IMG/VR virus record: IMGVR_UViG_3300028805_000048
Length of the DNA: 64,000 bases
Reading direction: 5' to 3' (one strand)
Origin: a virus
Lineage: Duplodnaviria > Caudoviricetes
Below are positions 18,316 to 27,839 of this stretch, one piece after another; position 1 is the stretch's first letter; each line of letters begins with the position of its first letter. The notes under the pieces were generated by a model. That model did no database searches and was not told where the DNA came from. It saw nothing but the letters and a program-made list of their open reading frames with translations. A program made the position numbers and the translations under genes.

Positions 18316-19191
18316 CTATAATCTACGAGATGGATAATTAATAGTTTTAATTTCTGGTAATTCATTTATTTGATTGTTTTTTAATAAAGCTTTATGTCCT
18401 TTTTCATCTCGCAAATATACCGGTAAATTAGGATACATACCTTTAAACATTTTTATATTTCCATTTATTTCTTTAACAATATCATTTAATTTATTTTTAT
18501 CATAATGTGTCTCAACTTCTGATGGATATCTGATTATTAAACCAATTAAATATTTATTCAAATTATTTATAGACAATGGTTCAACTAAATCGTTAGAATA
18601 TTCATCATTCCATATAAAAATCTTATCAACTAAATTTTTAAATTTATTAAATTCAGCCAAATGATCTAAACTTGATGAATCGAAATGCTTTTTAAAAAAT
18701 TGTTTACGAGCTTTATCCATTTCATTACTCATATTTTCATAAGGAATTTTTAGTTCACCTGTTTCATTATCTGTATAACTATATGTTTGTTGTGAATTTA
18801 TATATTCATATAGTTCTTCTTTGGATATTTTAAATTTTTCTAATATTTTTTTTAATTCTTTTTCAAAAGTACGCTTTTCTTGATGAGGCGGTATAACTTT
18901 AAATTCACCAGCACTTTGTCTAGATTGATATATTTTATAATTATCTGATAGTTTATCACCATCAAATATTAATGTATAATAACTAAAACGATGCCAACCG
19001 CGATCGTTAAACCAACCCTCATTCTTATCAAAAGATATACCACTGCTAGTTTTAGCCTTTAATGAATCATTTTTAAGTATTTCTACTAAGTTTGGGGTAT
19101 TATGATATAATAATCCAACTTGTTTGGCCTCATCTAAAATAATATTGTTTTCTTGCAATATATTTTCTACGATTTTTTCCCATTGTGACAT
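18316..19191 (-). CDS. Putative internal head protein, leader B plus ADP-ribosyltransferase-like domain
   Basis: ILDE leader; LYHNT, GISF, DGDKLSDNYK. Confidence 0.55.
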   Translation of the reverse strand: MSQWEKIVENILQENNIILDEAKQVGLLYHNTPNLVEILKNDSLKAKTSSGISFDKNEGWFNDRGWHRFSYYTLIFDGDKLSDNYKIYQSRQSAGEFKVIPPHQEKRTFEKELKKILEKFKISKEELYEYINSQQTYSYTDNETGELKIPYENMSNEMDKARKQFFKKHFDSSSLDHLAEFNKFKNLVDKIFIWNDEYSNDLVEPLSINNLNKYLIGLIIRYPSEVETHYDKNKLNDIVKEINGNIKMFKGMYPNLPVYLRDEKGHKALLKNNQINELPEIKTINYPSRRL

Positions 19192-19746
19192 TTATCTATC
19201 GCCTGTTATTATTTTACCATTTAAACGTAAATCCCAATTGTCATTATTAAATGTATCTGAATCTAATATCCATTTATATAATTGTTTTGCTTCTTCCTCA
19301 GAATTCAGTGTTATTTTACCATTTTTAGATATTTCAGTAAAAGCTTTTTCGACAGTATTTGCTATTTTAAATTCTTCAGGTCTATCGACAAACAATTGTG
19401 TAAATTTTGGATCATCTGAATATCCTTCAAGTTCTAAAGTATTTTCAAAATCTTCCCATTGTACGAACATTAATATATTTATACCAGCTTCATATAAATA
19501 CTTACCTATTTGATAATGAGTTCCATAATCAGCATCCCAAACATAGGTATTACCATCATCACCGTAAATACCACGAACAGAATTATATTTAGTATTTTTC
19601 TTAAAATTTTTATAATCATTATAATTAAGATTTTTTAATATACGTATTAATTCATTATTTTTACCATATACCTTTATAATACTTTCTATTAAAGTAATAT
19701 CATTTTCTTTCAATATATTTTCTACTATTCTTTCCCATTCAGACAT
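19192..19746 (-). CDS. Putative internal head protein, leader B plus YVWDA domain
   Basis: MSEWERIVENILKENDITLIE; AGTTCTA at 19780-19786. Confidence 0.6.
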   Translation of the reverse strand: MSEWERIVENILKENDITLIESIIKVYGKNNELIRILKNLNYNDYKNFKKNTKYNSVRGIYGDDGNTYVWDADYGTHYQIGKYLYEAGINILMFVQWEDFENTLELEGYSDDPKFTQLFVDRPEEFKIANTVEKAFTEISKNGKITLNSEEEAKQLYKWILDSDTFNNDNWDLRLNGKIITGDR

Positions 19747-19828
19747 GTTTTCTTTATTTCCTTAAATAATGATATGATATAGAACTTTATAATTAACAAA
19801 TTAATTTAATATATAAACATATTTTAAT

Positions 19829-19860
19829 GGCTTTACTTTATGATTCATATAGTTTATTAT
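19829..19860 (+). promoter_or_regulatory. Sigma70-like early promoter
   Basis: GGC-TTTACT-N17-TATTAT. Confidence 0.7.
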
Positions 19861-19933
19861 ATAATTATATTAATTAATGAAAAGATTTTATAATGCAATT
19901 AAGTTATTTAAGAAAAAGAGGGATTGACGAATA

Positions 19934-20245
19934 ATGAAAATTCAACACGAAAAAGCAAACGGATTTTGTCTTGCTATATTAAAAGAATGCACATTATTAG
20001 ATGAACTTGGTAAAGTAAGATATGATTGTAAAAAGCCAGGCATAATATTTTATACAGCAACTTCTGGTTATAGTAATAATACTCTTTATAGACATATAAA
20101 ATTTGGACTTGGAGGTAAGAATGTTTTAGATTATTTTGATATAAAACTCTATAAAACATCTATACATGTTAATCTCAAAAAAGAATATATAAATCATATA
20201 GATGATCTAGAAATATTATTAGAATTACAGAATTTTTGGAGTTGA
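19934..20245 (+). CDS. Small protein, C-terminal motif family (HExANxFCL subfamily)
   Basis: Paralog of 20250 and 21599; ends DDLEILLELQNFWS. Confidence 0.75.
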   Translation: MKIQHEKANGFCLAILKECTLLDELGKVRYDCKKPGIIFYTATSGYSNNTLYRHIKFGLGGKNVLDYFDIKLYKTSIHVNLKKEYINHIDDLEILLELQNFWS

Positions 20246-20249
20246 TAAT

Positions 20250-20576
20250 ATGATTTCATGGAATGTATCAGAAGATTTACAATGGAAGCATGAGCTAGCT
20301 AATCATTTTTGTTTAAGATTTTTAAGTAAATTTATTAATTGGGCATCCTTCGATGATGTTAAATATAATAACCTTGTTCCTGGGGTTATAATCATATGTG
20401 ATAATACTGGATTCAATTATATAGATGTAGTTAATAATACTCTAAAACATTATAACATTAATTCTTATTTTAATGTGAAAGAATATAAGTATTCAATACA
20501 AATTAATCTTAAAAAAGAATATATCAATAAAATAGATGAATTAAAAACTTTACTTAAAATTAGAAATATATTATAA
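20250..20576 (+). CDS. Small protein, C-terminal motif family (HExANxFCL subfamily)
   Basis: Ends DELKTLLKIRNIL. Confidence 0.75.
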   Translation: MISWNVSEDLQWKHELANHFCLRFLSKFINWASFDDVKYNNLVPGVIIICDNTGFNYIDVVNNTLKHYNINSYFNVKEYKYSIQINLKKEYINKIDELKTLLKIRNIL

Positions 20577-20577
20577 T

Positions 20578-20609
20578 GGCTTTACTTTATCATTTGTATA
20601 GCTTATAAT
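20578..20609 (+). promoter_or_regulatory. Sigma70-like early promoter
   Basis: GGC-TTTACT-N17-TATAAT. Confidence 0.75.
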
Positions 20610-20635
20610 ATAATTATAGTTTAAATGAGGAATAT

Positions 20636-20977
20636 ATGATATTACGAAATTTTGATATACACGTTAAAAATTTATTAAAAAGTGAATTTCCTAAATGTGA
20701 ATTCGTTGTACACATTTATACACATAAAGATTCTGGATTTGTAACTAGAGGTTATCATATAGTAACTAAAAATACTAATATCTATGAAATTAGAAATTTT
20801 GCAAGAAAATATCCATATTTCGATGGTGTAGTAGGAAATCCATTTCTAAATTATTCTCAACATGATCTCGAAGAATCAATTGTTGTACCTGATTATATTA
20901 TGCTTAAAAAAGAATATAACAATCATGAAAGTATATGTAATTTAGTTACTTTATGGAAGATGAAAGGACTTTTGTAA
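20636..20977 (+). CDS. Small protein, C-terminal motif family
   Basis: Ends CNLVTLWKMKGLL. Confidence 0.75.
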   Translation: MILRNFDIHVKNLLKSEFPKCEFVVHIYTHKDSGFVTRGYHIVTKNTNIYEIRNFARKYPYFDGVVGNPFLNYSQHDLEESIVVPDYIMLKKEYNNHESICNLVTLWKMKGLL

Positions 20978-21588
20978 TGTTTGCTCAAATTAACGATTTA
21001 GATTATATAAAGTATTTAGATGGTGTACGTAAAGAATTTAAATTAACATCATCTAATTATATACTTGATATTGAAGAATGGGAAAATAAAGAATTCACAT
21101 TATATGTTTGGGATAGAAAAGGAAATGATAGTAGATATGCTAAAAGTATAATTCAAAAGACTGGAAGTAAACTTGTTGAAAAATTAGAATTTCTTAAAGA
21201 TAGACAATGTGATGCTCATTGGGTAATTCCGAAAGATTTATATAATTATTTTCTTAATAAAGGTGAAATTACAAAAGCTGGTTTAAGAAGTCTTATAGAA
21301 AGGTATTTAGAATCAGAAATTAGAGAAAATCTTAATTTAAAATCATTTGCAACATATGATATGATATGGATAGATGAAATGTTTTATTATAAAAACTATA
21401 ATGAATTTAAAAATGATTATCTTTGTATGAATCTTCAATACACAAGTGAGAATAAAATTAAACGGATAATAGATTTTTTAAAAACTAATTACAATATAGA
21501 ATACATAAAAACTGAAAAAGAAAAATCTTGGTTTAAAATAAACGATATTGATATGGTTTATACATTAATTAAATTAAAAAATGGATAA
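20977..21588 (+). CDS. Protein of C-terminal motif family (double length)
   Basis: Ends DMVYTLIKLKNG; TAATG coupling to the previous gene. Confidence 0.7.
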   Translation: MFAQINDLDYIKYLDGVRKEFKLTSSNYILDIEEWENKEFTLYVWDRKGNDSRYAKSIIQKTGSKLVEKLEFLKDRQCDAHWVIPKDLYNYFLNKGEITKAGLRSLIERYLESEIRENLNLKSFATYDMIWIDEMFYYKNYNEFKNDYLCMNLQYTSENKIKRIIDFLKTNYNIEYIKTEKEKSWFKINDIDMVYTLIKLKNG

Positions 21589-21598
21589 GGAATAAATA

Positions 21599-21940
21599 AT
21601 GTTTTCTGAAAAAGTATCAGAAGAAATATGTTTTAAGCATGAACAAGCAAATCATTTTTGTCTCGCTGTTTTAGAACAAGTACATTTAACACCATATATT
21701 TTGAATAATATAATTAATATTGATTACAATAATAATATTCCTGGTCTTATTATCGTTTTTAAAGAAGAAATAATAGATTTTATATATTATGAAATAAGAA
21801 AATTATACAGAGATAAAAATTTGATTAATTATTTTAATTGGAAAAGATTTAATAAATCGATACACATTGATTTGAAAAAAGAATACATAAATAAACTAGA
21901 AGAATTAGAGACACTTTTTAAAATGCAAAATATATTTTAA
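21599..21940 (+). CDS. Small protein, C-terminal motif family (HExANxFCL subfamily)
   Basis: Ends EELETLFKMQNIF. Confidence 0.75.
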   Translation: MFSEKVSEEICFKHEQANHFCLAVLEQVHLTPYILNNIINIDYNNNIPGLIIVFKEEIIDFIYYEIRKLYRDKNLINYFNWKRFNKSIHIDLKKEYINKLEELETLFKMQNIF

Positions 21941-21954
21941 TGGAGATAATATAA

Positions 21955-22290
21955 ATGACATTTAAATATTTTAATCAAATGATTGAATTGCTGTATTTAA
22001 TCGTGGAAATAAATTTTAATAATAAAAATGGATTTATAACAAAATTAGGATTTTTATATACATATACAGAATATATTCGTGATAGAAAACATAATGGTGC
22101 GTGTGAAAATTGTAAACAACTATATAACAAATTTAATGAATATTTAAAAAATAAAGGATTTGATAAATACATTCGTGTTAGATATCCTTATATGAATTCA
22201 GAAAGAAAAATTGCAATAGATTTCAATGAAAAAATAGATATGAATGCTGAATTAGAATTTATAACACTTTGTAAACTATATAATATATGA
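21955..22290 (+). CDS. Small protein, C-terminal motif family
   Basis: Ends LEFITLCKLYNI. Confidence 0.7.
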   Translation: MTFKYFNQMIELLYLIVEINFNNKNGFITKLGFLYTYTEYIRDRKHNGACENCKQLYNKFNEYLKNKGFDKYIRVRYPYMNSERKIAIDFNEKIDMNAELEFITLCKLYNI

Positions 22291-22302
22291 AAGGAATATA
22301 TA

Positions 22303-22962
22303 ATGCTTATAGTTGATAATACGAAAAAATTAAAAGACATCATAGAATTTAAAGACGGTACTTATTACAAGTTTGTATGTCTTTTAAGAACTAAAGATTA
22401 TAAAGATTCTGATGAAGAACCAATGCTTAAGTGCATGGAGAAGCAAGAAATTCTTGTTAAAGACTGGTTGATCGATAGTCAAGAAATGTTAGATAAAACT
22501 TTACCTGACATGCTTAAATTTACAGAAACATTTAAATGCAGACTGTATATGTGTACAGATAGAAAATCTGTTGTGAAGACTTTAAAGACTATGCGAGATA
22601 TAGTACAGAATTATCTTGATCCTTTTATTGGTAATTCTAATGTGAATTGTTCTGTGAGAGCAATTAAGAAAATTTGTTCTTCTGCCACAAATAAAAGTGA
22701 ATCATCTGATAGAGAAGGAAGAAAATGGTTATTTGATGTTGATTCAAAAGCAAATATTAATATATTAAATGATTTAGATAAAGTCTTGAAAGATAAACTT
22801 TTAGCTAAATTAGAAACAAAGAATGGTTATCATTATATCACGAAGAAAGATTTTGATGCTTATAAAGTTTTAGAAGATTTGTGTTATATTTATAATCGTG
22901 TTGGAGAAGATTTTCCTGTTGAATTAAAAGATAATGCTATGACTTTGATAGCAATGGGATAA
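22303..22962 (+). CDS. Phage protein, possible AEP (primase-polymerase) superfamily
   Basis: WLFDVD and TKNGYH resemble AEP motifs I and II. Confidence 0.4.
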   Translation: MLIVDNTKKLKDIIEFKDGTYYKFVCLLRTKDYKDSDEEPMLKCMEKQEILVKDWLIDSQEMLDKTLPDMLKFTETFKCRLYMCTDRKSVVKTLKTMRDIVQNYLDPFIGNSNVNCSVRAIKKICSSATNKSESSDREGRKWLFDVDSKANINILNDLDKVLKDKLLAKLETKNGYHYITKKDFDAYKVLEDLCYIYNRVGEDFPVELKDNAMTLIAMG

Positions 22963-22967
22963 AGACA

Positions 22968-23303
22968 ATGGTGTATGATATGAGAGATGCTTTAAAATGC
23001 AATGACAAGATGTACTTAGTTTTAAACGATCTTTTAAAACAAGTTAATCGTTATTCGAATGATGGAAATACATATGATAATGTTATTCACTATCAATATC
23101 TTACATATTCACATTTACAAATATATAGTGAAATAGTAAGACAATGGTTTAATAAATATGAATTTTTAAAAGAATATTTTGAATTAGAAATTACTCCTTC
23201 TATTTATGATTTAAAAATATACATGAAGGAAGAATATTTTAACGAAGAAACGTTGGATAATATCATAACTGTCATGAGGATAAAAGGAATGATTGAAGAA
23301 TAA
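22968..23303 (+). CDS. Small protein, C-terminal motif family
   Basis: Ends DNIITVMRIKGMIEE. Confidence 0.75.
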   Translation: MVYDMRDALKCNDKMYLVLNDLLKQVNRYSNDGNTYDNVIHYQYLTYSHLQIYSEIVRQWFNKYEFLKEYFELEITPSIYDLKIYMKEEYFNEETLDNIITVMRIKGMIEE

Positions 23304-23341
23304 AAAAACTCCAATCTAATTAAAGAAAGGAGCTAGTTTTT
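23302..23341. terminator. Bidirectional terminator, inverted copy of 16779-16804
   Basis: 26 nt perfect reverse-complement match. Confidence 0.7.
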
Positions 23342-23364
23342 ATTTTTACAAATTTAAATATTAA

Positions 23365-24111
23365 TTATTTATTTAGATAATCATAATCAGCATTTTGGAA
23401 ATCATATTCTGGTTCAATATGATTATAATGTGATGTACTCACAAACTCATTTCTATCTAAATTTTTATTTCTTTCGCCAGACAAATACATATCAGCATCA
23501 TATAATAAATCTTTTACTTTTTTTAATTTTTTATTATCTTCATATTCACGATATAAGTCATATGCAATCACATAAACATCTTGAACCTTTCTCATAAGAT
23601 TCCAAAATCTATCATCGTGTTTCATTTGATCGTTATCCATATCATAATCTATAGCTTGTAATAAACCAGGATTACCATCATCCTCTTCTAATTTTTCTAC
23701 AGCTTCTCTAAAAGACTTAATATATTTGTTAGAAAATTTATCTTTATTATTGACACTTTCATATAAAGAATTAATCCAATAATTATAATATTCTGGTGTA
23801 AATTCTCCACCATCATTGCTAAGATCGAGATATTTTTTTATATCATTAATATCATAACCTGTTTTAACTACAAGTTTCGTACGAAGTAAGTATCTAGAAT
23901 ATTCATCTAAAGTTTTATAAAATTTTAAAAAAGCACGTAAATCACGGGTAGCAGAATAACCATCGCTATTATCGTAACCTAACTGATCAAGTCGACTTTG
24001 TTCACCTTCTATTTCACCCTTATCATTTTTAATAGGATGTAATTCGAAGATATTCTCTATTTTATGTATCGCTTTATTTATGTAACTTGTATCCAATTTC
24101 TTTTTTTCCAT
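23365..24111 (-). CDS. Putative internal head polyprotein with an internal leader A copy
   Basis: Internal NKYIKSFREAVEKLEE; AGTTCTA at 24158-24164. Confidence 0.6.
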   Translation of the reverse strand: MEKKKLDTSYINKAIHKIENIFELHPIKNDKGEIEGEQSRLDQLGYDNSDGYSATRDLRAFLKFYKTLDEYSRYLLRTKLVVKTGYDINDIKKYLDLSNDGGEFTPEYYNYWINSLYESVNNKDKFSNKYIKSFREAVEKLEEDDGNPGLLQAIDYDMDNDQMKHDDRFWNLMRKVQDVYVIAYDLYREYEDNKKLKKVKDLLYDADMYLSGERNKNLDRNEFVSTSHYNHIEPEYDFQNADYDYLNK

Positions 24112-24173
24112 AATTTCTCTATTCCTTATAGACGTATAAAATATTAACTTTGATAATTAGAACTTACATAAAA

Positions 24174-24204
24174 GCTTTACTTTTTTGTTTTAATACTATA
24201 TATT
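24174..24204 (+). promoter_or_regulatory. Sigma70-like early promoter
   Basis: GC-TTTACT-N17-TATATT. Confidence 0.6.
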
Positions 24205-24242
24205 TAATAAATATAAAGGAGTATTTATGAAAGGATACGATT

Positions 24243-24599
24243 GTGATTTATAAAGGAATTAGTATAGTTGATTTACTTTTTTATTTATTATATGATTTAT
24301 TTGAAATATATAAATATAAACATTTTTTATATATTGCTTGTGAAAATAAATCAATAAGTTTATGTGCAGATAAATATTTTAAGCAATTTAAAACAAATAT
24401 GAAAGATTTTAAAAACAATTTAATCGAATGTATTAATAAAAATGAATATGATAAATTGTTAATAATAAACTTTAACAATTTTGATGAAACACATGAGATT
24501 GTTTATGGAGATACATTATGTAATATATCATTAAATTTAGAGAATGAAAATAAAATTGATCAATTAATTACTTTATATAAAATAAAGGAATATTTATAA
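24243..24599 (+). CDS. Small protein, C-terminal motif family
   Basis: Paralog of 24920; ends DQLITLYKIKEYL. Confidence 0.75.
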   Translation: MIYKGISIVDLLFYLLYDLFEIYKYKHFLYIACENKSISLCADKYFKQFKTNMKDFKNNLIECINKNEYDKLLIINFNNFDETHEIVYGDTLCNISLNLENENKIDQLITLYKIKEYL

Positions 24600-24600
24600 T

Positions 24601-24927
24601 ATGTTTGAATTTATATTAAACGGAATGTTTAAAGATTTTTCTTTAATAAAAGAAGGTATTGTTTCTATATATAATTCACCAAACGAAATTCGCATGATCG
24701 CACAAGAATGGATTAGTAGATATTATATTGAATATGAAGTAAATAATTATTTAGAAGAAAAAGGTTTTGAAAATTATATACATATGATATATCTTATTAA
24801 TACAGATTCTCATACTATATATAAATCTGGAGAAGTGATAGCTGAAATTAGATTGAGTCATGAAGGAATAAGTAAATGTCAAGAATTAGAAACCTTATTT
24901 AAGATGGAAGGACTTTGCTATGTATGA
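24601..24927 (+). CDS. Small protein, C-terminal motif family
   Basis: Ends QELETLFKMEGLCYV. Confidence 0.75.
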   Translation: MFEFILNGMFKDFSLIKEGIVSIYNSPNEIRMIAQEWISRYYIEYEVNNYLEEKGFENYIHMIYLINTDSHTIYKSGEVIAEIRLSHEGISKCQELETLFKMEGLCYV

Positions 24928-25288
24928 TGGTAGAGAAATACGTTATAGCGATTTGCTTTTATGTATGTTAAAGGATTTTAAACCAAATGGAAATAATCAC
25001 TTTATATTTCTTAATACTTATGATGAATTAATAAGTATATGTGCAGATGCTTATTTTGATGATAAATATATTAAAATGACTATGAAAGTGTTTAAAAACG
25101 AATTAATGAAATATCTTCATCAAAATGGATATATGGAAGTATTAATAATACATTTTAACTTCGCTGATGAAAATCATAAAATTTTTGCAGCTGATATGCT
25201 TTGTGATATATCATTCAACGAAGAAAAGGAAGATGAAATTAATCAAATCGTTACTGTTTTGAGAATGAAAGGATTAATTAATGCTTAA
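24920..25288 (+). CDS. Small protein, C-terminal motif family
   Basis: Ends NQIVTVLRMKGLINA. Confidence 0.75.
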   Translation: MYDGREIRYSDLLLCMLKDFKPNGNNHFIFLNTYDELISICADAYFDDKYIKMTMKVFKNELMKYLHQNGYMEVLIIHFNFADENHKIFAADMLCDISFNEEKEDEINQIVTVLRMKGLINA

Positions 25289-25514
25289 ATTAAATTATAA
25301 TCAAAAAGTATCACTTAAATATCTTAGAAGATTAGTTAAACCATGTAAATGCTGTGGAAATACTAATCCTCGTTTTGATAATCTTAGAGGATGGACAAAT
25401 GTAACAATTGTTTGTAATAAATGTTGGAAACAAAAAGCCGTTAGATCAACTGTTGAAGAAGCAATAGAAGCTTGGAATAAATTAAATAGAGAAGATCAAT
25501 CATGTCATATGTAA
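25281..25514 (+). CDS. Lar-like zinc-ribbon protein (restriction alleviation family)
   Basis: KPCKCCG...VCNKC...EEAIEAWN. Confidence 0.65.
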   Translation: MLKLNYNQKVSLKYLRRLVKPCKCCGNTNPRFDNLRGWTNVTIVCNKCWKQKAVRSTVEEAIEAWNKLNREDQSCHM

Positions 25515-25927
25515 ACGAATTGATAGAAAATAAAGATTATCAAGAGATAACAAAAGCTTTAAATATTTTACGTGACATTATTCAATTAAAAGGGTTAGAA
25601 ATTACGGATAGAGCAATTTCTATTTCTCAGTCATTTGAAGATTGTAATATAGAATTTTCTGTTTATGCTAAGAGTAGTTCTGATAATGTCAAAAGTGGTT
25701 TTACTGTTGTTGGTAGTTATGATTATTGCTTATCAAATAAATTATACAGACATATAAAAAAGTGTTTAAAAGAAACTGGATTAAACAAGTATTTAAGAAT
25801 TCATCCTAAAAGTTTTAGTTCAACAGCATCTTTAGAATGTATATTTTTTTATGTTTTAGAAATAAAAAGAACGTTAACGAAAACACAATTTTATGAATTA
25901 ATGACATATGGAAATCTTTATAAATAA
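25502..25927 (+). CDS. Protein with divergent C-terminal motif
   Basis: Ends YELMTYGNLYK. Confidence 0.65.
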   Translation: MSYVNELIENKDYQEITKALNILRDIIQLKGLEITDRAISISQSFEDCNIEFSVYAKSSSDNVKSGFTVVGSYDYCLSNKLYRHIKKCLKETGLNKYLRIHPKSFSSTASLECIFFYVLEIKRTLTKTQFYELMTYGNLYK

Positions 25928-25933
25928 TAGAAA

Positions 25934-25969
25934 AATGGCTTTACTTAATCAAAGTAAAGCCATTATAAT
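25934..25969 (+). promoter_or_regulatory. Early promoter inside a 13 bp perfect inverted repeat
   Basis: aatggctttactt-aatca-aagtaaagccatt overlapping TATAAT. Confidence 0.65.
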
Positions 25970-26031
25970 ATAGATATAATTAAAATAAAAATATTATTGT
26001 ATTATTTCAACGTTAAAGAAAGGAAAATATC

Positions 26032-27177
26032 ATGAAAGAAATTGAAAATCTGACAAGAAATATAGAAACCTTGTCTTATAAAGAACTCAAAGAAGCTTTA
26101 AATAAATTAACAACTTATGATTCTAAAGAAATAACAAGATTGAAAGAGAATGCAGTTTTGAGAGCTGAATATATTAAAGAATTAGAAAGTAAAAGTAATA
26201 AAACTCAAGAAGATAAAAAACTTTTAGAAATAGCTAAAGATGAATATTTTAAAACATCATTGGTATTAAATCATTATAACTATATGATTCCTACAACATA
26301 TACTCAAGCTGATTGGTTGGTATATTATTGTCATATATCAATGCCAAAAGAGCAATTTGATACTTTAGTTACAAAAGCCAATGAGATGTTAACTGATTAT
26401 ATGACAATGCATAAAGACGTTATGTATAAAGAAAATAGAAAACTAAAATTAACAATGGAAGAATGTGTTGAAGGTGCATTAAATAATCCTATAAAAGAAA
26501 CATTACGTAAATATGGTAAAGAATTAGTAAAATTAAGTCTTGAAAGAAAAATAATTGAAGAAAGATATAAACCTGAAGATTTAAAAAGTATTATTGTACA
26601 AACAGAACGTAAACGTGCATTAATGAGTGTAAATAAAAAATTTATAACTTTATCTCAAGAAAGATTAAATCTTAAAAAAGATCATGATGAAACAATTATG
26701 TGTACAACAGCTTATTGGTTTGAGCAAGTAATTTATAAATATTGTCCACAAGATGAATCTAGTAAATTATTTACAGGTGCCAAACGCTATTATCATATTA
26801 ATATTGATAAAATGACTAAAAGAAAAATCATTTCCGAAACAATTAAAAAGAAAACTGATAATAAACAAACAATTAGTAAAAAAGAAACAAAACAAAAAGA
26901 AGTTGTTAAAGAAATAGTAGAAAAGAAAGTAGAAAAAGAAATAGAATGTCCTTTGAGTAAAACTACAGATGAATTGATTTCTTTATCTGAGAAATATAAA
27001 GACTTCTTAAAGCAGAAAGATGAATTAGAAAAACAAATCTTTTCAAAAGTAAAATTTGTTTATAACAAATTAGATTCAAACAAAGATGGCATGACTAAAG
27101 ACGATTTTATTGATTTTGTAGAAGACATTTTTGATATTCCATCTGGAACAATAAATAGAAAACTGAAAGGATTATAA
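26032..27177 (+). CDS. Hypothetical helical Lys/Glu-rich protein
   Basis: 381 aa ORF with strong RBS. Confidence 0.8.
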   Translation: MKEIENLTRNIETLSYKELKEALNKLTTYDSKEITRLKENAVLRAEYIKELESKSNKTQEDKKLLEIAKDEYFKTSLVLNHYNYMIPTTYTQADWLVYYCHISMPKEQFDTLVTKANEMLTDYMTMHKDVMYKENRKLKLTMEECVEGALNNPIKETLRKYGKELVKLSLERKIIEERYKPEDLKSIIVQTERKRALMSVNKKFITLSQERLNLKKDHDETIMCTTAYWFEQVIYKYCPQDESSKLFTGAKRYYHINIDKMTKRKIISETIKKKTDNKQTISKKETKQKEVVKEIVEKKVEKEIECPLSKTTDELISLSEKYKDFLKQKDELEKQIFSKVKFVYNKLDSNKDGMTKDDFIDFVEDIFDIPSGTINRKLKGL

Positions 27178-27519
27178 ATGAGTATTATTTATCAAATTTC
27201 ACAAAAAGATAGGTTTATAATTAAATTATTCAACAATATATTCAATAGTGTTTTTAATAAAATGAATTTTAGTTTTAGATATACAAAAATAGCGAATTAT
27301 CAAGAACCTTCATTAGGTATACATTTGAATAAATTTGATAAAGTATCAATTAAAGATTTTTATAAACTTCATCAAGAAATATTAAATTATTTAAATAAAA
27401 ATTTATTTGATAATCAAATTTATATAAGTAATATAAATACTAATTTTTATTTTAAACTTTATTTAAAACATGAATTGTCTGACAATTTGATTACGTTTTT
27501 TAAAATGAAAGGATTGTGA
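27178..27519 (+). CDS. Small protein, C-terminal motif family
   Basis: Ends DNLITFFKMKGL. Confidence 0.75.
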   Translation: MSIIYQISQKDRFIIKLFNNIFNSVFNKMNFSFRYTKIANYQEPSLGIHLNKFDKVSIKDFYKLHQEILNYLNKNLFDNQIYISNINTNFYFKLYLKHELSDNLITFFKMKGL

Positions 27520-27836
27520 TTATGAGTGAAGAGAAAGTTTTAGGTAGACCTTGTAGAATGGCTGGAATGAGCCATATTTATATTATTGATAGTTTATGGT
27601 ATACACATTCTTTATATCCAAGTATTTATGGATCAACTGGTGATTTTAATTTTGTTACAATCGGTGTTGTTAAAACATATGACACAATTACAAAGGAATA
27701 TAAAACATATATTGGTGTTGGTAAAGGCGACGATATGGAAATGGATGAAGATAGAATTGCTGGATGTGGAACAAGTTTTACTAATCCTGTAAGTTTCGAT
27801 GATATGAAAACTTGGTTAAAAATGAAAGAAAAATAA
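27516..27836 (+). CDS. Small protein, C-terminal motif family
   Basis: Ends DDMKTWLKMKEK. Confidence 0.75.
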   Translation: MIMSEEKVLGRPCRMAGMSHIYIIDSLWYTHSLYPSIYGSTGDFNFVTIGVVKTYDTITKEYKTYIGVGKGDDMEMDEDRIAGCGTSFTNPVSFDDMKTWLKMKEK

Positions 27837-27839
27837 ATA

